From Smithellaceae bacterium (GTDB lineage: Bacteria > Desulfobacterota > Syntrophia > Syntrophales > Smithellaceae): a stretch of 64,000 nt of DNA. This document shows, piece by piece, positions 58,819-64,000 of the stretch; position 1 is the first letter of the stretch, and every line of letters starts with the position of its first letter. The notes under the pieces were generated by a model. That model worked only from the letters and a program-made list of their open reading frames with translations. It ran no database searches and was not told the DNA's origin. The position numbers and the translations under genes are program-made. The stretch covers positions 896,001 through 960,000 of the forward strand of contig CAXXVL010000001.1 in assembly GCA_963667845.2 (NCBI GenBank). Direction: 5' to 3'.

Positions 58819-58846
58819 TGTATAAATTTTCATCTCCGTTCGTCTA
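58819..58846 (+). promoter_or_regulatory. ECF-type promoter copy
   Basis: TGTATAAA-N14-CGTCTA upstream of the second fhaA. Confidence 0.7.
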
Positions 58847-58878
58847 AATGGGTAAATAAACGAACGGAGGTAACAAAT

Positions 58879-59832
58879 ATGCAATTAGCACAAATCATGA
58901 GTCAGCTTATTGTGATCGTGCGAAGTTTTTTCAAAAGTAAGAATGCGGAGATAGAACCGCGGGATATTCTTGTCCATCTGCTGAAGGAAGTGGAAAAGAG
59001 AAAGAAACACGGGATAGAAGAAAAAGCTTTTGTCCCGAACAGTTACATCGTGTATCTGTGCCCGGCTGATTTTGAAGAAATGTACCCCCTCATCGCCGGC
59101 GTGCGCGAACAGCTCAAAAGCAGGCTGGATACAACCATCAAAAAGAAGGGATATAAGCTGTTGTCAAATACTATCAGCCTTGAAATTCGGGAGGATGCCA
59201 ATATGATGAAAAGTCAGATTGTTATCAAGTCCCTGTTCATCAAGCCGAAATCCGTAATGCCGGAATGCGAAAAAAACGCACTGTCTGAAAAGCATGAGGT
59301 GGTGGAAGCCCAGGATAAAGGCCCAAAAGAATTTAAGGCGCTTTTACACCATCCAGCAGCTATGAAGAAAGAAGAAAACACTCTTGTGGGTCGTCAAAGA
59401 GTCGACGACATTTTGATTAATACAGAATCATTGAAAGATACGCTGGAAGAAACAGGTGAAGAACCCTGTCAGCAAAGCGAGCCGTATGTTAAAAAGTGCA
59501 CGCAGATGATCAGTGAAAAAGAAACAAAATATATCAACCCCGTACGGGCCAAACTGGAATTGCTGACGGGCGACCGTTCCGGAAGTGTCATTTCGCTTCA
59601 GGACGGCGAACATACTTTCGGACGCGGCTCTCAATCAAGACACCTGATTCAGGACCTGGATGAAACGGTGTCCCGCCTGCATTTCAGACTGGTGGTTAAG
59701 GAAAAGCAGGTGCGGCTCTGGGATATGAACAGTCTCAATGGCACAAAGGTCAATGACGTGGAAGTTGAGGAGGCGGAGTTGAGTAAGGGCGATGTTATCG
59801 CGGCAGGCAAAGTTCTTTTAAGGGTGGCGTGA
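58879..59832 (+). CDS. fhaA: Second FhaA-like protein (DUF3662-type + FHA)
   Basis: IEPRDI..VPNSYIVYLCPADF N-domain; FGRG..VSRLH..DMNSLNGTKVN FHA; GGAGG RBS. Confidence 0.8.
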   Translation: MQLAQIMSQLIVIVRSFFKSKNAEIEPRDILVHLLKEVEKRKKHGIEEKAFVPNSYIVYLCPADFEEMYPLIAGVREQLKSRLDTTIKKKGYKLLSNTISLEIREDANMMKSQIVIKSLFIKPKSVMPECEKNALSEKHEVVEAQDKGPKEFKALLHHPAAMKKEENTLVGRQRVDDILINTESLKDTLEETGEEPCQQSEPYVKKCTQMISEKETKYINPVRAKLELLTGDRSGSVISLQDGEHTFGRGSQSRHLIQDLDETVSRLHFRLVVKEKQVRLWDMNSLNGTKVNDVEVEEAELSKGDVIAAGKVLLRVA

Positions 59833-60263
59833 ATATGCTATCCTTCTGGACAATCAAGCTTTTACATGCCGCTCTGGTTTGTTGCATCGGTGTGATGGCG
59901 CTGTGGTTATTCATCGCCGGGATCACAGACAGAAGGGGCAAAAAAGGAGACTTGCAGCGTGAAGAATCGCGATGTTTTGCGGCTTATTTGACGAGAAAGG
60001 GGAAACCCTACTGCAGGATCGATTTAAATAAAGGCGTGTATTCCGTCGGCGCTGAAAAAGATTGCGACATCATGCTTATGGGGGGCAATATTCCACCAAA
60101 ACTGGGGGAAATGGTTGTCAATGAGGATGAATGCTCTTTCCGCAGCGAAACGTCCGGCCATGTGTGCTTCGATGGAGATTCTCTGCAGGCCCATTCGCGA
60201 AAACGATTGAGAGAGGGTGACCGGTTAAACATCAGCGTTTATGAGATGCTGATTGAAAAGTAA
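59829..60263 (+). CDS. FhaB/FipA-like membrane protein with a degenerate FHA domain
   Basis: N-terminal TM; FHA-like VGAEKDCDIML..LREGDRLNI lacking the canonical GR/SxxH residues; located between fhaA and PP2C. Confidence 0.55.
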   Translation: MNMLSFWTIKLLHAALVCCIGVMALWLFIAGITDRRGKKGDLQREESRCFAAYLTRKGKPYCRIDLNKGVYSVGAEKDCDIMLMGGNIPPKLGEMVVNEDECSFRSETSGHVCFDGDSLQAHSRKRLREGDRLNISVYEMLIEK

Positions 60264-60283
60264 TCAGTGAAACGGGGAAGACA

Positions 60284-61042
60284 ATGCAGTCATTCGGAAT
60301 AACGGATACGGGGATCGTCAGGAAAAACAATGAAGACAGCCTTCTACTCAACAGAGACTTGCAGTTGTTCATCGTGGCTGATGGAATGGGCGGGCATGCG
60401 CACGGTGAAATCGCCAGCAGGATGGCTGTACGCAGCATCAACGAATTTTTGATCGAAGCAGTCGAGAAAACCGATGCCGCCCTGCTGGCCAAAGATGAGC
60501 AGGTTGTCGGTCTTTTAAAAGATGCCGTGCTCAATGCCAATGAAGCGATATTATCTTATTCCCGGGAAATGATTCCAGACAAGATCATGGGAACAACCGT
60601 TTCTTTTGTCTTCTTCCGTAACGGGAATGTTTATCTGGCCCATGTGGGCGACAGTCGTATTTGCCGCCTGAGAAACGGACAGATGGAGAAATTAACCACC
60701 GACCACAATGAGACATGGGAACTGGTCGAAAAGGGATTGGTCAGTGAGGAGGATGCCGACAACCACTGGCAGAGCAATATTCTTACCCGGGCACTGGGCG
60801 TCCGCGACGAAATCACACCGGAAATACAATTTTCCCAGGTAGAAGAGAACGACCAGTATTTATTGTGTTCGGACGGCCTTTCGCGCGTTATGACCGCTAC
60901 TGACGTTGCGGACATAATGCGCTGTGAATTATCTGTAAGGGCAAAGTGCCAGATGTTTATTGACAAGGCGCTGGAAGGAGGCGCGCCAGATAATGTCACG
61001 GTGATTATCATTCATACTGCAGTAGATTCCATGGCAGTATAG
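60284..61042 (+). CDS. PP2C-family Ser/Thr phosphatase (PstP/Stp1-like)
   Basis: TDTGIVRKNNED, VADGMGGH, MGTT, HVGDSR, LCSDGL, GAPDNVT. Confidence 0.93.
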   Translation: MQSFGITDTGIVRKNNEDSLLLNRDLQLFIVADGMGGHAHGEIASRMAVRSINEFLIEAVEKTDAALLAKDEQVVGLLKDAVLNANEAILSYSREMIPDKIMGTTVSFVFFRNGNVYLAHVGDSRICRLRNGQMEKLTTDHNETWELVEKGLVSEEDADNHWQSNILTRALGVRDEITPEIQFSQVEENDQYLLCSDGLSRVMTATDVADIMRCELSVRAKCQMFIDKALEGGAPDNVTVIIIHTAVDSMAV

Positions 61043-61644
61043 AGTGTAGATTCGGACAGCCAAATAGCATTTGTCATACAGCCGAAAATATTTTATATAA
61101 ATTTCTTAAAAAGTTATCGTTAATGAAGGAACGTTACCTTTATAGAGTAAGCCCATAGGACGGGGCTCCGCCAGGAAAGCCGTCCTATGGGCGAGCCTTG
61201 ACACTAAACTGAAGAAAAAAAGTGTATGGGAACTATGCCCCATCGGCGTTAAAAAATTACCGTCATTTTCACATCGATCCCAAGCTACAGCTTGGAAACA
61301 AGATAAAAAGCGCGGCTGAAGCTACGCGCTACGTTCTTGGGGTGCGCAGCTAATCACCTGAATGTGACGCGAGCTACGCAGCACGTTTGATGGTTGGATG
61401 TGATGGTTGAATGTAGGCCGGGTCTTGAGACCCGCAGAGTTTGTGCACATGGAATTGAATCATTGTGCCGTAGCCATCATGATGATAGCCCCGAAAAGTT
61501 CTGATTCAATCGAAGGACGAATGAACCAGCAAAAACAAGCAAAAAGATTGAAGTGACAAAGGAAAGGCTAGGCCCGCCTCCAAAGCAATCGGGTCAGTGT
61601 CAGGGTGATATAAATCAGATATTCAAATTTATCGGAAACACAGA

Positions 61645-64000
61645 ATGAAGAGCTGCCCTTTTTGCGCTGAAGAAATCAAGGAAGAAGCCATCAAGTGCCG
61701 TTATTGCGGCTCGATGGTGAATGAGCCGATGGCGGACATTCGACCGGCCAATTATGCTGCTGCGAACTCCATTTTATCATTTGAGTCTGATCCGTTTGAC
61801 GATCCTTATCGGATTACCATGAGCAACCTGGATGCCGGGGTGAAGATCGGTGAGCGCTACCTGATCAGGTTGAGACTGGGCAGAGGGGGGATGGGTGAGG
61901 TTTATTTAACGGAGGACACGCAGCTCAACGGAGCCAGGCGGGCGGTGAAGGTATTACCGGATAAACTGGCAGAAGACCCCAAGGCCGTGAACCGGTTGAA
62001 GGAAGAAGCCAGTCTGGCGATGGAACTGAATCATCCTGGCATTGTGAGATTGTACAATTACGAGAACAGCGGGAAAGTCCATTATTTAGTGATGGAATAC
62101 GTAAACGGGATCGATTTAAACACCTATATCGGGGTGAAGAAGAAAGTAAACGAGACACAGGCAAGACGGATCGGATTGGCAATCGCAGAGGCCTTGCGGA
62201 TACCCCATCACCATACACCGGCGATCGTACACCGGGACATCAAGCCGTCGAACATCCTGCTGGAATGGCCGGAACTGAACATAGAACAGATTAAGGGAAA
62301 AAAGGTTTCCGACATCCTCGGGGGAGATATACCAGATATAGAAAGAGCTGGTGTTCGGCTTGCCGATTTCGGGATAGCCCGTCAGGTTCGGGACAGCATG
62401 AGCACACTGGGATTGGTACAGGACACATCGGGCACTTTGTTGTACATGTCCCCCGAGCAGATACGCGGGAAGGGGATCGACACCCGGACGGACTTATATT
62501 CATTGGGGGTGACTTTGTATGAGCTGTTGTCCGGAGACCCGCCATTTGTCGGGGCATCAGCAACACACCAGATACTGGAGGAAACCCCTGAACCGATCAA
62601 AGGGATCAGCGAAGAATTAAACGCCATCATCCTTAAGTTATTAGAGAAGGACAAGGAGAAACGTTTTCAGAACACCGGAGAATTGATAGGTCGCCTGAGG
62701 AAAGAAGGCGCATCCAACCTTTCAAAGGAGAAGAAAAAGAGCTCTAAAGATGAAGCGGTCAAAGGAACTGATGCAATATTTGGAGGTAACGTTCATCTGT
62801 CTGTTAAGACCAGTGAGAACTGCGGGATATGGATCGATGACATCAGGGTGGGAGAAACAAAAAACAGGACCCTTATATTTAAAGACATCAGGAGTGGCAG
62901 GCATAGGATCGAGGGGAGAACGAGATATCAGCGGGCGATTGATGAGGTGGAGTTTAAGCCGAATGGTGTCGGAAATCTGAATCTTATCCTGCAGGATGTA
63001 TTATGTGATTTACGGGCGATATCGGACGGGATTGATTATGAGTTGACCCTGGACGGGAAGAACCATGAATGTCCCAAGCTGATCGAGCAGATACCTGCCG
63101 GGAAGAAGACAGTAACGATCAAGACGAGGGACGTGTCTTTTAATGAAGAGATCGAGCTGCTTTATGACGAAGTGAACGAATATGAACTGACCGAAGTAAA
63201 GCTCAAAGAAGTTATAGATAATAGAAAAGAAGAACTCGTGCGCTGTTTACAGGATTCCATAAGAACCCGGTCCATCGGGAATACGGATGAATGGATTGCC
63301 GAACTACGCAAACTGGATCAGGTCAGGGGGAAAGTATACCAGGCCAATCTTAACAACCTTCGCCTGAAGATTAGGGAAGAGGACAACCTTTGGCGGGCGA
63401 CGGAAAAAACAAAAAAATTGGACGCCTATAATGAATATATAAAAAAGTATCCATCAGGTCGTTACCTCCAAACGGCGAAAGACAGACTTGATGGGATCAG
63501 GAAGCGAGAAGCTGAGGAAGCCAGGCAAAGGCAGATAAAAGAGGAAGACAACTTCTGGCAGATGACGGGGCAGAAGGGCACATGGGATGCATACACTAAC
63601 TATGTCAAGAAGTATCCTGATGGCCGATACACCAAAGAGGCAAAAGTAGCACTTGACGAAATTAATCGCTGGGAACGGGAATCTGAGGAAGCCAGACAAA
63701 GGGAGATAAAAGCTGAAGACGACTATTGGCAGGCGGTGGAAAAGAAGAGAACCCGTGATGCCTACAATGAATATATGAAAAAATACCCATTAGGACGTTA
63801 CTTCCAAGAGGCAAATGACAACCTTGATGAGATAAAGAAACGGGAATCTGAGGAAGCCAGACAAAGGGAGATAAAAGCTGAAGACGACTATTGGCAGGCG
63901 GTGGAAAAGAAGAGAACCCGTGATGCCTACAATGAATATATGAAAAAATACCCATCAGGACGTTACTTCCAAGAGGCAAATGACAACCTTGGTGAGATAA
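61645..64000 (+). CDS. Kinase K9: Zn-ribbon + kinase + PEGA-like + tandem 55-aa repeats; 3'-truncated by the window edge (absent from the ORF track)
   Basis: ATG 61645 = K7 start + 13628; matches K7 to 63302, then diverges and stays open to the window end. Confidence 0.88.
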   Translation, partial: MKSCPFCAEEIKEEAIKCRYCGSMVNEPMADIRPANYAAANSILSFESDPFDDPYRITMSNLDAGVKIGERYLIRLRLGRGGMGEVYLTEDTQLNGARRAVKVLPDKLAEDPKAVNRLKEEASLAMELNHPGIVRLYNYENSGKVHYLVMEYVNGIDLNTYIGVKKKVNETQARRIGLAIAEALRIPHHHTPAIVHRDIKPSNILLEWPELNIEQIKGKKVSDILGGDIPDIERAGVRLADFGIARQVRDSMSTLGLVQDTSGTLLYMSPEQIRGKGIDTRTDLYSLGVTLYELLSGDPPFVGASATHQILEETPEPIKGISEELNAIILKLLEKDKEKRFQNTGELIGRLRKEGASNLSKEKKKSSKDEAVKGTDAIFGGNVHLSVKTSENCGIWIDDIRVGETKNRTLIFKDIRSGRHRIEGRTRYQRAIDEVEFKPNGVGNLNLILQDVLCDLRAISDGIDYELTLDGKNHECPKLIEQIPAGKKTVTIKTRDVSFNEEIELLYDEVNEYELTEVKLKEVIDNRKEELVRCLQDSIRTRSIGNTDEWIAELRKLDQVRGKVYQANLNNLRLKIREEDNLWRATEKTKKLDAYNEYIKKYPSGRYLQTAKDRLDGIRKREAEEARQRQIKEEDNFWQMTGQKGTWDAYTNYVKKYPDGRYTKEAKVALDEINRWERESEEARQREIKAEDDYWQAVEKKRTRDAYNEYMKKYPLGRYFQEANDNLDEIKKRESEEARQREIKAEDDYWQAVEKKRTRDAYNEYMKKYPSGRYFQEANDNLGEI
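63676..64000 (+). repeat. 165-bp tandem repeat inside K9
   Basis: CGGGAATCTGAGGAAGCCAGAC... starts at 63676 and again at 63841; the copies are near-identical. Confidence 0.9.

Larger units (their letters stand above)
12635..64000. mobile_element. Putative genomic island (phage packaging remnant plus kinase locus); right end not in window
   Basis: Abrupt change in gene content, visibly more AT-rich DNA, phage genes at the left edge and an att-like junction. No integrase is seen in the window. Confidence 0.5.

Noticed and set aside
22305..61535. Repeated intergenic hairpins as a CRISPR array or integron attC sites
   Set aside because: The copies are kilobases apart with no repeat-spacer periodicity and no cas genes. 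They have no consistent RYYYAAC/GTTRRRY ends (one GTTAGGT near 31995 is isolated) and there is no intI.
105..63979. Numerous short antisense or alternate-frame ORFs (e.g. 6145-7056, 11633-12442, 27764-28870, 57808-58476)
   Set aside because: They overlap well-supported genes, have no recognisable motifs, and recur identically with the duplicated cassettes, so they are shadow ORFs.
12635..64000. Reverse transcriptase, integrase or transposase gene
   Set aside because: No ORF in the track shows RT (YxDD with flanking motifs), tyrosine/serine recombinase or DDE features.

Overview
Two distinct parts. (1) 1-~12.6 kb is GC-richer housekeeping DNA resembling an anaerobic, syntroph-like deltaproteobacterium (taxonomy is inference only). 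It holds an acyl-CoA ligase, an AbfD/HpaB-family flavoprotein, an acyl-CoA dehydrogenase, a CbbQ/NorQ ATPase with an unusually long repeat-containing CbbO/NorD VWA partner, and serA. (2) From a tRNA-3'-end-like junction at ~12.64 kb to the window end is an island. It opens with an orphan phage module (terL, terS, ParB-DNA methylase) and continues as a >47 kb co-oriented (+) phosphosignalling locus. The locus has nine Hanks-type Ser/Thr kinases; eight share a Zn-ribbon+kinase(+PEGA-like) N-terminal cassette, often nearly identical in DNA over 0.8-1.8 kb, fused to different C-terminal tips. The tips are FGE/C-type-lectin domains, TPRs, Trp-rich repeats, and a DnaJ-type Zn finger plus ribosomal L7/L12-CTD and L11-NTD mimics. 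The kinases are interleaved with FhaA x2, FhaB-like, PP2C, RodA and PbpA (the Actinobacteria-type fhaA-fhaB-pstP-rodA-pbpA-pkn gene set), plus SPFH, CsgG-like, peptidase genes and an ECF sigma/anti-sigma pair. A candidate ECF promoter (TGYATAAA-N14-CGTCWA) recurs 4-5 times. The FGE C-termini carry the codon signature of DGR variable regions, but no RT or template repeat is in the window. All calls are by-eye motif recognition, without database searches.
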